In this document: piece after piece, positions 1 through 12,102 of the stretch | Layout: every line of letters starts with the position of its first letter | Position numbering within the stretch: position 1 is the stretch's first letter | DNA from: Octopus sinensis | Lineage: Eukaryota | Length of the DNA: 64,000 nt | Direction of reading: 5' to 3' | NCBI RefSeq assembly: GCF_006345805.1 | Contig: NC_043006.1 | Span: forward strand, 62,186,001-62,250,000 | Program-made: the position numbers and the translations under genes | The notes under the pieces: model-generated | What the model was told of the DNA's origin: nothing | The model's input: only the letters and a program-made list of their open reading frames with translations | Database searches by the model: none

Positions 1-371
1 TGGGATACCCACATAAGTGTTCACTGTGGACATGGACTTGGGGAGGGGCAAAGGCTCGACTGAAGACCTCGGGGCATCATGCGTACATAGTGTAACCTGT
101 ACTTTTAAATATTTTCGAAAGTAGGACTTCATAGGTCTTGTGCTTGAACTGATTTTGATGGAAACTTAATTTCAATATTTTTAGTTTGGAAATTAATGTA
201 CATTACATATATTACAATATAATAAAAGCTATATAGTATAGTTAGTTAGCGTGCTAAACAAAGTATATTTTCCATATGAATTTTTCTGCCTAGTTAATCA
301 GATTTCATGATGGTTTTAGTAATTATTTTATTTATCCCTTTCTTAAAAGGACCATTTTTTGGTAAACTTAA

Positions 372-962
372 ACAATATTTTATAATTACGAGAACAATTA
401 TAATTAGAGTTCAGCAAGGGTTTGCTTTACCACATACCGAAGTTTAGAAATAGCAGCCAAAGAACCTTACATATTTCTTCTACTATAAAAAGAGACTACC
501 GGACAAAACAAAATATTCAAAATAACCCATGCAGACAGAGAGGAAAAATAACGAAATTCACTCCGTATTTGATTACCTGTGGACGCGTTTCGGAATTAGA
601 TCGGTATGAAGAATGTAAAAATCATACTTCACCCAAACATTTTCCTCTTCAGCACAGGATTCCACAATATTAAATTTCAGAGCGCCGGAAAAATTGAACA
701 TACCTATCCAATTCAAAACAGTATCGGACAGATCATATTCAACGAAATGCGTCTACAGTTAATCAAATACCAAGTGAATTTCGTTATTTTTCCTCTCTGT
801 CTGCGTGGGTTATTTCGAGTAATTTGTTTGTCCGGGAGTCTCTTCTTATAGTAGAAGAACTAGCTAAGGTTGTTTGGCTGCTATTTCTATACTTCGGTAT
901 GTGGTAAAACAAATCTTTGCTGAACCCTAATTATAATTATACGCGTAATTATAAAATATTGT
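372..962. repeat. Long inverted repeat (arms ~372-591 and ~743-962), probable inverted pair of Penelope-like terminal repeats
   Basis: ACAATATTTTATAATTACG...GGACGCGTTTCG is the reverse complement of CGAAATGCGTCT...CGTAATTATAAAATATTGT with scattered mismatches; right end abuts (TA)n; carries a hammerhead motif. Confidence 0.85.
576..658 (-). ncRNA. Type I hammerhead ribozyme, canonical core
   Basis: Minus strand: CCTGTG-CTGAAGA-GGAA...TTCC-GAAA-CGCG-TC-CACAGG; 6-bp stem I, stem II GGAA/TTCC with inner GTATGA/TCATAC helix, palindromic stem III ACGCGT, GUC cleavage triplet. Confidence 0.85.
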
Positions 963-1432
963 ATATATATATATATATATGACTTCGGTGATACTCCGAT
1001 CACTTCGGCTAAAGCCAGAGATTTCTATATGTTAGTCTATCATTTGTGGATGATTCTTATGAAGGCAGTCGATTTCAGTCCTGTATTGAACTGGTGATTG
1101 CCTTGAAATACACAGTTGCGTCTGATCGGAAGTCGATTTAAATGATCTGATAACCGACCCGTTCACTTTTTCAGTCTGTCGAGGGAGTCCTCTCGCACAC
1201 CTTCTGTGCCTGCTACCTTGCCACTACATCGGAAACTGGTGTTCTTCAAGAGCATCATATTCGAACTGGGATGGGGAAGAGTTGAGTGTCACAATGGGTG
1301 AGGGTTACAAGAGTGACAATATTAAAGATTTAACTTGGATATAACCGCGCGAGATATAATTTGTAATCTCCGAGAGGAAGCGGCCTGTGCTAATATAAGA
1401 AACATATTATCATTATTATTATTACTATTATT

Positions 1433-1975
1433 GAGTGAGAGAGCAGTGCATGCCATCAAAGTGACACTGGGGTAAAATATACGAAGCCCAATATACCCGT
1501 CCGATAAAGGTACACCAGGCACATGCATCACAACCATATGTGCGCGACATGGTGATATCATATCAAGATAAACAGCACATGACCTTGCAGGTGGGCCCAG
1601 TTAGAATTTTCTTCAGGTTGAGTAGCCCATCCCGCTCAAAATGTCCCTGAATAAGGGTTGTTTAAGGATGTTGAAAAAACCACCCATGTTTCCAGAGGTG
1701 AATTATTCAAACCCCAAAGAATCCCTCTCAATACATGGCTATGATGCTCCCCCACTACTTCTGCTCATGATCAGAGATGCACATATCGTCAGCCACTAAG
1801 GGACATGCTCAACTGGTTATGGTCAAACAACTGACAAGCAAATCTGTGGTATTGAGCAGAATATTTGCTGTAGACCATCTTTTATACCAAGACAAAACAA
1901 TGTACATGATAACACTTCCAATCAGTTAAGATCAGAAGCCATGAGAGCCACTGCCTTGTACTGCATCAGGGCATT
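1433..1975. mobile_element. ~540 bp interspersed repeat-like insertion within a (TAA)n tract
   Basis: Complex, more GC-rich block with sharp borders, flanked on both sides by (TAT/TAA)n; no coding motif recognised. Confidence 0.45.
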
Positions 1976-1986
1976 TATTATTACTA

Positions 1987-2021
<35 letters not shown>

Positions 2022-2111
2022 GCCATATCTGGACGTGTTTTTGAAGCTCCGTTATCGTGTGCTCAGTTTTCCTAACGAAAGTTGTTTGTTTTTTGTTGTT
2101 ACAAGTTCTTT

Positions 2112-3960
2112 CTAAGTTAATCTAGACCATATTGATATGTTTAAAAGTTTAATTTTCTTGCCCTGAGGGGAAAAATCACTTGAAAAGAAAAATGTGTTTC
2201 TTTTCGAACTTTTCAATAAGTTCAACACGGCGTCGTCACTTCATCACCGAGCAAACAGAAGAAGAAAAAGGGAGATTTAGAATGCGAAATTGTCTTTCGC
2301 CGTCACTCACTTCCGAAAATTCTCTAAACGCAAACTTAAGTGTTAGGAGCAGTATGAGTAATAACAATGATAACAGCGGCAACGACAACAGCAGCAGCAG
2401 CAGCAGTGACAACGTCAACAACGACAGCGACTGCGATAACAACATCAACAACAACTGAAGAAGCAGAAGTGACAGGAGCAGCGATATTTCGAACAATGAA
2501 ACATGAAAAATAAGTAGAAGAAGCAAGTCGTGCAAAGAAGATGCCAAAACTGGCACTACCATCATCACCATAAACACAGAAATAAGTAAAAATTCTAGCA
2601 ACCAAAGTGACGCTTCAGATTGCAATAGGAATACTAGAAATAACTTTTCCTCAGCAAAAGTTACCAGCAAGTTGGATGGATTTCATTAAATGATAAAAAG
2701 ATTATTTAAAGGAAGCTGAAAGGATTATAAAACGAGAAGAAAAGTTACACTACCATCAGCACTACAACCAGAACAACAGCAGCCACTTCAACGATGACAG
2801 AATCAGCAGAAATAGCAACAACAGTACCAACAGATGCAATTGGAGACAACAGTAACCAAAATAACCACTTCAGCCCCTACAGCAGCAACAGCAGCAGCAG
2901 TAGCAACAACAACGATGGCAGCATCTAGAGAGGTAGTTACAGTAGATAGTACAACAGAACACACACCAGCATCGAGAGCAACTGCATCGCAGAGAGCAAC
3001 GTCAGGTAACCCCACAACAACAGCTACAGCAACAATTTTAACAAAGAATCAAAAACTTCCACAGGATATCCACCTCCCCTTTTGGGACCGCGAAATGAAG
3101 GGGATGGAGATGAAGAGAACTGGGAAATAGTTGATAAAGCAAAGAAAAAAAGAAAACGAAAAAAACGCACCCGCTGGAAGAGAGAAGACTGGCAGGTTTA
3201 AGCCAGGGAGATGGACGGCAATAGCAGCAACAACAACACAACACTACTAACAACAGTACCACTGACACAGCCAACAAAAACAACATCACTATCACTACCT
3301 CTGCACCCATCACTGACACTATATAAATTACACACACAACAGTTAATCTACATCCCGTCAAACAAATAAAAACCGGAATTATATACTTGACTACAATAAA
3401 TACAGAAAACAAAACTAATGCAAGACTTTCAACATTACAAACACATTAACCAGAGCACTTCCGTTACAGTAAGATTCAACAGTAACATACCACAGCACAT
3501 AAAAATAATCACCTTTCGGAATCCTTTAGCATCGCGCGTTCGGTACATCAAGGATGCCTTTCTGTACGTTGTGGCTCTCGAGCCATTATCGTAGAAGCTG
3601 GATGTTTCCAGAGGCATTCTGCATTCTGCGTAAACTAGGTTGTAGAAGATTCGTGTCAGCATATGAGGACGGTATTACTGTAGTAGTGTCGGAAGTTTCG
3701 GAAATCGGGGTGGGGATTGGCACTACACTAAAGGAATAAGAATCGATGACAGGAGCAAAGATTAACCTGGAAAGGTCAGTGGACCTGCAGTGTCACTAAT
3801 CCGAAGGATCGGTAAAATTGCCCGGGGTTTCATTTGGCCCAGATCTCCACGTGGACAAGAGGTGGAAAGAGGTGACAAGCAGGGTGGCCAATCTCACTCA
3901 GAATGTGTAATGTCCTTTTCTTTTTTGTTTTAGTGTGGGCCCCTTTGACTAATAAACAAA
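2112..3960 (+). mobile_element. Internally deleted L1/Tx1-like LINE (5' low-complexity region plus RT fragment)
   Basis: 3510-3890 translates with disruptions to SIARSVHQGCL..YVVALEPL...SAYEDGITVVV...MTGAKINLERS, matching L1/Tx1 RT motifs QGCPLS, AYADD and GAKIN; AATAAA near 3951. Confidence 0.6.
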
Positions 3961-4086
3961 GTATTATAATTATTGTTGTTGTTGTTGTCGCCAGATCTTG
4001 ACGTGCATTCCGGAGGTCCCTAAGTGTGTGCCCTGTTTACCTATAAAAAGATTGTTATTATTACATTCTATTGTTATAATTTGTGA

Positions 4087-5020
4087 CTAAGTTAATCTAG
4101 ACCATATTGGGCTGATTAACAGTGTTATTTTTTTTGCCCTGCGGGGCAAAAATCACTCGAAAAGAAAATTATTTTTTTTTAAACTTTGGAAAATTTAATA
4201 TGGCGTCGTCGTCTTTGCCAGCGAGTCAACAAGTGAGGGAACTGGGAGGAAATGTAGAACGTGAAATTGTTTTTCACAGTCACTCATCCCACTCATTCTA
4301 TATGTAAATGATAGTGATAGTAGCAGGGGGAGTAGCAATAGCAATGACAAAAACAACAACCGCAGTGGTAGTGTCAGGAGTAATGAGAATTCGAGCAAGG
4401 AAGCACGAAATATAACTGGCAGCAGCCAATTGTGTAAGGAAAATATCACCAACACCACCACCACTACGACTACCACACAAATCAGTAAAATTTCGAACAA
4501 AGAAAGAAAAGATTCAAACAGAAATAAAGTTTCCTTCGAAAAAGTTACAAAAATGTGTGAAATTATGTCGTTAAACGATAAAGAAGAACATTTAAATGAA
4601 GCTGAGTGGATTATAAGACGTGAAGAAAGATAGGCCACACTAAACCTGCTAGAGTCAACCGAAAAAATACTACCATCCCAACCTCTACACCGATCACAAA
4701 CACAACATAGCCTACATACACAACAGATGGATTGCATTCCCCAAATGATGATAAAACAGACATTATAAATCTCACGGCTATAAGCACAAACAATAACGAA
4801 TAGAACACATCCACAAACACATGGATATTAATGAATCCAAATTACGTCCAATATTGAAAGCTACTCAAAGTGACTACAAAATTTTGAAATCTAGATATCA
4901 CCAGCTTGCAGGGGACTTTTAAAAAGAACACAACATCCGACTTTACAAGGAACTGCTGGGGAAAACCCACATCCGACGAGAGGAACAGAGCAGGCATTCC
5001 TATTCCCCTACAAAGCCTAT
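4087..5020 (+). mobile_element. Second diverged copy of the 5' region at 2112-2760
   Basis: Shares CTAAGTTAATCTAGACCATATTG, AAAAATCACT.GAAAAGAAAA and GAAGCTGA..GGATTATAA blocks in the same order. Confidence 0.6.
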
Positions 5021-5025
5021 TAAAT

Positions 5026-5905
5026 AAGCGAGCTGGCAGAATTTTTATTACTCCAGGCAAAAAGCTTAGCGATATTTCGTCTGCCGTTACGTTCGAACTT
5101 CTATTTCCGCAGAGGTTGACTTAGCCTTACATCCTTTCGGTGTCGATTAAATAAGTACCAGTTACGTATTGGGGTCGATATAATCGACTTAATCCGTCTG
5201 TATGTCTTTGTTTGTCTTCTCTGCGTTTAGCTCCTTGTGGGTAGTAAAGAAATAGGTATTTCGTCTGCCATTACGTTCTAATTTTAAATTCCACCAAAGT
5301 TAACTGCCTTTCATCCTTTTGGAGGCGATAAAATTAGTACCAATTACGCACTGGAGTCGATGTAATCAACTTAATGCCCTTCTCCCCAACTTTGAGGCCG
5401 TGTGCCTCAACCGGAAAGGATTATTATTATAATATTAAGTCGGCGAGCTGACAGAATAGTTAGCATACTGGGGGAAACTCTTTAGCGGTATTTCGTCTGT
5501 CTTCAGGTTCTGAGTTCACATGTCCACGGGGTCGACTTTGCCTTTCATCCTTTCGGGGTCGATAAATTAAGTACCGGTGAAACACTGAGGTCGATGTAAT
5601 CGACTTACAACCTCCCCTTAATTACAGGCCATAGGTATATAATAGAAATGATTATTATTATTTTAGTAGTAGTAGTAGTAGTAGTAGTAATGCGGTGACA
5701 CGGCAAAATTCTTAGCACGCCGGTCAAGATGCTTAGCAGCATTACGTCCGTTTTTACGTTCTGACTTCAAATTCTTTTATGGCCAGTTTTGCCCTACGTC
5801 CTTTCGGAGTCGATGAAATATATACTAGTATAACATTGCGCCGCTGTAATCGACTTCCCTCCCCCGAAATTGCTGACCTTGTGCCAAGATTTGAAGCCAT
5901 TATTA
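5026..5905 (+). mobile_element. Tandem cluster of ~4 SINE copies with Meta-like central domain
   Basis: Repeated GCGAGCTGGCAGAA head, GTTC...AATTC box-B-like motif, GTCGACTTTGCCTTTCATCCTTTCGGGGTCGATAAA core and (TAT)n tails. Confidence 0.8.
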
Positions 5906-7006
5906 TCATTTCTGTGGCCGTTAACATTTTGAGACAAGAAAGAAGTACTTCCTATAACATTGGTTACGAAGCTAAAATTTTTATTCCGTTACTGTTTCGC
6001 TTGCATAATCGAACAAATTTACACAAATAGATCCATTCCATCTAGATGAAATAATCTATTACGGGGAGCAATATATCATCACGGCAAGCAGTGACAGCAT
6101 TGCAGACTTTATTATTTAGCTTCTGGCATGTGAATAGCCATAAGGGAAAATTACGAAAAAGGAGTAAGGAAATAATAGAGGAATACAGAACACTAAATAG
6201 ACACTCAACTGGAAATTTCTGCTAAGTGCGATTTTTATAAAACATGAGTTTAAAAGCTGCTCTATTAGTAAAAGAACACATATTTTTTATAAAATGCACG
6301 TTTTGTAAAAACATATCTAGTTTTTGAAATTGCTTAGCTTAGCAAAACTATGTTCAGGAAATGCAGGAACTAGAAACGCTTATAACGAAATAACGTTGAA
6401 ACTCCATTATTATATTTATCTTCTGAAAGGAAAGGACAGAAAATGCGTTATTATTCAGTAATATAAGAGGGAATTTTATTCGATTAAATGCGGCAACAGT
6501 GGCATTATGGAATATAGGTAGACACCAAAGTAAAACTACAAATGAAAATGTAATATTAATTTGTTTATGTAACTGAAAATGAAAATTTATCTGTGAAATG
6601 TGGTAAAATTTTAGTATTACAAGTAAAGAAAATGGTTTACCAGAGTTGTTGCCTTTGATCTTCCTGTCATGTAACAATAATTATCTATCATATATTGCAG
6701 TAAATTTAATAACATATACATTTTCCCTCTAATTTGTAGTCTTAATGCAATATTTACAAACGAATATTAACAATGAAACTGATCATGATCAGCAGAATAT
6801 AATTTCCTAATATGACTCCAATGCAAATGCTAACGTAGCATTGCATGAAATATTAAATGTTTTTATTTATTTATCTATTGATATGAGTTTGCAGATGCTA
6901 CTACATCGGTTCCCCACCCCCAGATCCATCGAGGAAAAGGACAAACGATCTATAATAGAAAAGTAAATGTTTAAATTGAAATGCATATGAGTGTGTATGT
7001 ACACTC

Positions 7007-7045
<39 letters not shown>

Positions 7046-7714
7046 TATATATATGTATGTATGTATATGTATGCATATTAAATATATTTATGTATGTGTA
7101 TGTGTGTGTTTCTGCCTGTTGAGTGTGTGTGTGTGTGTGTGTGTGCATAAATAAATAAATACATACATGCATACATATATATATATGAGAGTGTGTGTGT
7201 ATTTATGTATGCATGTGTGTGTGTGCTTCTGTGTCTGCGTGCGCGTTGAGTATGTGTGTGTTCATAAAGAAGAAAAATCTACACTTTCAGTTCAATAAAT
7301 GAAAACAAAGCGTGCCATAGAGCCTCAGCTATTCGAGTTGTGTTGCACAATTTTGTGTCAAACTTTTTAGTAATGAAAGGTGAGATCTAAAATATTTTTC
7401 GATTTCACCTCAGTTCCTTGCATTTAATGGTAGAACATAAAAATTTAAAGCACTCCTATAAATAAATAAAAATCATTGTAATGTACGGCAGCGCCGTAAC
7501 ACCAATACTAACATCCTGTCAGCTGCACAGGGGTGTTCATACCCATCCCTTTCCATGTCGACGATAAAATAGCTTTCGCGTTGAAGTTTGTGATTCAAAT
7601 GGTAAAAAACAAAAATGAGATGGGAAGAAGACAAGTGGAAGTCGTTACAATATCAAAAATATTCTAGTAACACTAATAAAAATATCCAACTTTCATCAAA
7701 TACCGATTAATATG

Positions 7715-7885
7715 CGTAGCTGTATTTCGTCTGTTTTTACGTTCCAGTTCAAATTCCGTCGATATCGACTTTGCCAGTTTATTTTCGGGTCGATACATTA
7801 AGTACAAGTTGCGTATTGCAGTCGATTTAATCGACCAGCTCTCTCCCCCAAAATGTCGGGCCTTGTGCCTAGGGTAGAAATGAAT
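7715..7885 (+). mobile_element. 5'-truncated Meta-like SINE
   Basis: GTATTTCGTCTG...TTCAAATTCCG...GGGTCGATACATTAAGTAC matches the 5026-5905 copies. Confidence 0.7.
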
Positions 7886-8009
7886 TTTCAGAATGTTACT
7901 GATTTAGTTTTTAATTTAACATCAACGAAAACGAAATGATAAGGGAAGTGGGGCAAGTTGAGCTTTTGACCTAGGCAAGTGTTTATATCGGTCAATAGGA
8001 GTGTTAATA

Positions 8010-8185
8010 TTGATTTCAAGTTTTGGTAAAAGGCCGGCATATTTGGGGGGGGGGTGTTCGACTCCCGAAGGATGAAATGCAACGTCGAACACTGGTGACA
8101 TTTGAACTCAGATCGTAAAGTCGGAAGTAATGCCACTAAAGATTTTTCCCCGCACGATATCCTTTCTGCCAACTCGGCGCCTTGG
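8010..8185 (-). mobile_element. Meta-like SINE fragment
   Basis: CCCGAAGGATGAAA...TTTGAACTCAGA...TTCTGCCAACTCG is the reverse complement of the family core and head. Confidence 0.65.
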
Positions 8186-8227
8186 TGAGTACGAATGTGG
8201 TATATTTATAAATATATTGAGAAACTA

Positions 8228-8727
8228 TCAGGTCATCCCATAAGTTCTCAAATGTTATATTTAATTGAAATTTAATCATCAATGTACTTTCCCTGATTAT
8301 ATATGGCTTCCTTCCATCTAATTCAAGCTTTTTAATCCCATCAATGTATAACTCTTTCAGTTTCAAAGCGAAGCACTCTGAAATGTCAGTTTCGACCTCC
8401 TCTTGGCTTGCGAAAGCTATTTCCCCCAAATGATTCTGTAAACCACGAAAGAAATGATAGTCTGAAGGAGAAATGTGATGTGATCTTTGTAGTGTGAGGT
8501 CGCGCATTGTCCTGATGAAACATCACTCCTATTTGACTCACAAAAGCGGGTCTTTTTTTCAAAGATTGGTCCCAACGCTCTAATTGTTGACAGTTGACAT
8601 GAGCATTGATTGTAGCATTAGGTAGTAACAATTCAAAGTGAATTACACTTTTGCAATCCCACCGGATAGAAAGAGGAACCTTTTTCCCCATGAAATTCCC
8701 TTCTCGGTTGTGGTTGAACTTTTTTCC
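8228..8727 (-). mobile_element. mariner transposon 3' half (frameshifted transposase)
   Basis: ORFs contain FHQDNARPH and SPSDYHFFRGLQNHL; TA+TCAGGTCATCCCATA TIR at the left end; same family as 12103-13312. Confidence 0.9.
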
Positions 8728-9159
8728 TGCAATGTTTTAAATGGTTAAATGTAGTTGTTATCCAAATATGAATTGAAACCCAAGAAGGAACTTCGTCTAC
8801 AGTAGTTTAGGATACGCAAAATACAAAGGTATTTTTTATGGCAATGTCACATCTATATAAATATTGTTTAAATGTTGTTAAAGAATATTAATATTGTTAA
8901 AGAAACGCCTGAAGAAGTACTGACATTTAAGGACTGTACTGATTGGATTGAGTTGAATTGTCTATGTTCAGTCAATCACAGGACGAAGAGCTCATCATGT
9001 TTTCTCCACTAAATACAGCCTGATGTAGAGAGTGTGATTTTCAGCCTGAGATCGTACAGGTTTGATGAAAGTCCTCTGACACACTGGCTCGACCTTGCTT
9101 GGCAGAGGGAAGCAATTTATTGTTTGTTTTTGTTTATACTCTTACCCAACAGTATTTAA

Positions 9160-9325
9160 GCCGATTACATCGACTCCAATGCTCAGGTCGTATTATTTTA
9201 TGGATGACGAAATGTTCAAAGGCAAAGTCAGCCTCGGCGAAATTAGAACTCAGATGATAAGAGCCGACTAAATACTTCTCAGCATTTTGTCCCGTGTGCT
9301 AATGTCTCTGTCTATAATGCCTTAA
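9160..9325 (-). mobile_element. Degenerate Meta-like SINE
   Basis: GATTACATCGACTCCA...AAAGGCAAAGTCAGCCTCGGCGAAATTAGAACTCAG. Confidence 0.6.
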
Positions 9326-9445
9326 TAATATGAAAGGTTATAAAACAAAGTCAATGATACGTGATGTGGTTTCAATTTTCTTTTTCAGAAAAAATGCTTT
9401 ATTAAACAAATTATATGCACGTATGTACATGCATACATACATACA

Positions 9446-9640
9446 TCGCTATGATGGACCGCTGAAATCTACAACGTTTTTTCATTCTCTCTCTGTATAT
9501 TTTCTCTTATCTCTTTCTGTTGAAGAGCGTAGGCTCGCAACGTAAAATATGTTTTCATTTTCCCAAGCGTCAAACTAATACCCTTGCTCGCTGTTCATAC
9601 ACCTTTCTTCGTCTTCTGTTTTTCCTGTAAATTTCAACTA
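9446..9640 (+). mobile_element. Penelope-like terminal-repeat remnant with degenerate hammerhead (9514-9547)
   Basis: TTT-CTGTTGA-A-GAGC-GTAG-GCTC-GCAA-CG-TA-AAA; downstream sequence similar to 34244-34361. Confidence 0.55.
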
Positions 9641-9792
9641 CATGCATACAAGCTAGATGGACAAGCGTGTCCATGCAATGGACGACTCATTTTTTATCGG
9701 GATGAGTTTTGTTCTAATGTCATCAACGCGCTGCAGGGGTACGATACATGGTGACGATAGTATATATAGATGTGTGTGCGTATGTGTGTGTA

Positions 9793-9829
<37 letters not shown>

Positions 9830-10702
9830 CCGTGTAAATTAAAGGGAAGGGAGAGTTCATCGTATACAGCAGTTCTTTCAAAAGCGCCTCAGATCTATCA
9901 TTCATACGATTATGTATATCCCTCAACTATCCGGTTCACTTTCTCTTCAGCTGTATTGGACATTCTTGTTGAAATAGTCTGCTGCAGAAGAAAAGGCAAA
10001 ACTAGGCTGACTGCATAAAAAACAAAAAAAGTGGGAGTGGAGACTAGAATCGGTAAAGAACAAATGGCGTGCCTTATTCACCGATTATCTAAAATAGATT
10101 AATTGGGGCGTGGTTTCATTCGTTACCACCATACACATATTGCTGTAGTGGCTATTCTATATTATATTCGCATTAATGTATAGGTGGTGTCAATGATGGG
10201 AAGGCAACGCATCGAAAACTGAAATGTTTATTGATTACGATAGATAAAACGATAGATAAAAAATGAGAAATAAAGCCTTAAATGACGAACCCATTCTACC
10301 CTCTACCCTCCATTCTCTCAATCTATCTATCTATCTATCTATCCCCTCTCTCTAGCTTACCCTCCCTCTTTCTCGCTCTGTCTTTCTAGCTCTGTCTTTA
10401 CCCTTCTCCCTTTCTTCTCGTAGAACTTTGTGTCATGTTTTTAAAATATTATTTTATTGTGGCTTTACCTGATGAAGTCTTTATGACGCATACGCATCAT
10501 AGAATCTGGCAATACACGTTGTGACCCATACGTGTCATGAAATCTACTTTCAGCCTCTTATTTGTTTCCAAAATTCCACATCTTCATATTTTTCGAGTGA
10601 AATTTTTAATTTCTAACTTCTAATTCACCTGTAGAAAACGATTTTTCCATGATATAATCAGTTTATTCAAAGTGAATAAACAGATTGTAGTGAACCGTAA
10701 CC

Positions 10703-10808
10703 CCTTTTTTGTTCTTCGGTTACACACACACATACATACATACACACATACATACATACATACATACATACATACACACATACATATATACATACATACA
10801 TACATACA

Positions 10809-10883
<75 letters not shown>

Positions 10884-10894
10884 TATATATATAC

Positions 10895-10931
<37 letters not shown>

Positions 10932-10935
10932 TATA
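10703..10935. repeat. Compound (TACA)n/(TA)n/(TATG)n microsatellite, representative of dozens in the window
   Basis: Directly visible simple repeats. Confidence 0.95.
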
Positions 10936-11304
10936 TTTAAAAGTCAAGAAGTCGAAGAACCCGATTTCTGTAAAAACCCAGGAAAACAACTTCACCACGA
11001 CAACTACTATTATTATTATTGCTGCTAGTTATTCGATTGCTACCGCCACCCCTACAGATAACATGTCTTGACCACACTATTTAATCTACCAAACAAACAG
11101 ATAGTAGTAATTTGTGCTCACGGACAGTTCAACTTGTCATGCCAAGAAAATTAAAGGAAATTACTACGTGCTCTCGCAGAAAAAAGAAAAGTAAATTATG
11201 AATGTTAATTTTAATTTCATTGATAGCTCTTTTTTTATCCATATTCTATTATAGTACATAATTTTGATAAGGTTTTTCAAAAACGCAAACATGTAAAACA
11301 ATAG

Positions 11305-11476
11305 CAATTCACCCTTTTTGGATAGCCTTGTGACTAGTGACAAAAAATGGATCTTCCTTCGAAATGTTAAACGTCGTAAACAGTGGGTAGGTAAAAGGGA
11401 AAAGGCTCAACCACTACCGAGAAGGGAACTTTACGGGAAAAAGTTTCTTCTCTCTATTGCAAAGGTGTAATGTATT
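11305..11476 (+). mobile_element. mariner transposase internal fragment
   Basis: Translates PFLDSLVTSDKKWIFLRNVKRRKQWV...KKFLLSI, the mariner VTGDEKW region. Confidence 0.75.
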
Positions 11477-12102
11477 TATTTAAAGGAAAATTACATTTTA
11501 ATTTGTCGAATATATATATATATATATATATATAATTAGAAAAAAAAACACCTTTTATCGATTCAAATATATATATTATATTGTGTGAAATTTGATTCAG
11601 TATTTTTGAACTGGATTTTTTTTCCTTGTAAGTTTGGATTTTATTCCCTCAAATAATAATTATATATATATATATAACATCATGTTTGAAATTTGAATTT
11701 TTGCGCTAATGTGGCTATTAATGACACCTGGATATTTGTTCCATGTAACTGGAGATTCTTTAACCAGTTCTGTCCACTTTATAATTAGAGAAGTATTATA
11801 AATAATTTAGATAGTTGTCCACCTATGCCAACTTCAAAAATTACGCTCATCACTGAGTTGAAATAATATTTTATGCAGCCCACGTGCTATAAATTGAATA
11901 ACCGCCCAACACTTTTCCAAAATGTATATATATCGTTTCTTCAATACTCTCAATAATATATAGTTGTAGTGAGAACATGATGGCGGTAGCAAAAGACATG
12001 TCATGTACTTGGCTTGTGGCAAAGGTAAGTACCGAAATTGTGTAACAATTAGTGGGTTTGTGTGTCTCAATGATACAGTGTCAGATAATGCGCCACTACG
12101 TA

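Noticed and set aside
8905-9000. CTGAAGA followed by a long imperfect hairpin
   Set aside because: No GAAA or stem I partner in register
10461-10556. CTGATGA...ATGACGC/GTGTCAT...GAAA hammerhead-like arrangement
   Set aside because: Needs a 7 nt insertion after A9 and stems I and III are poor; at best a dead remnant
10620-11071. ORFs rich in YI/HT/CV/MYVC here and throughout the window
   Set aside because: Translations of dinucleotide and tetranucleotide microsatellites
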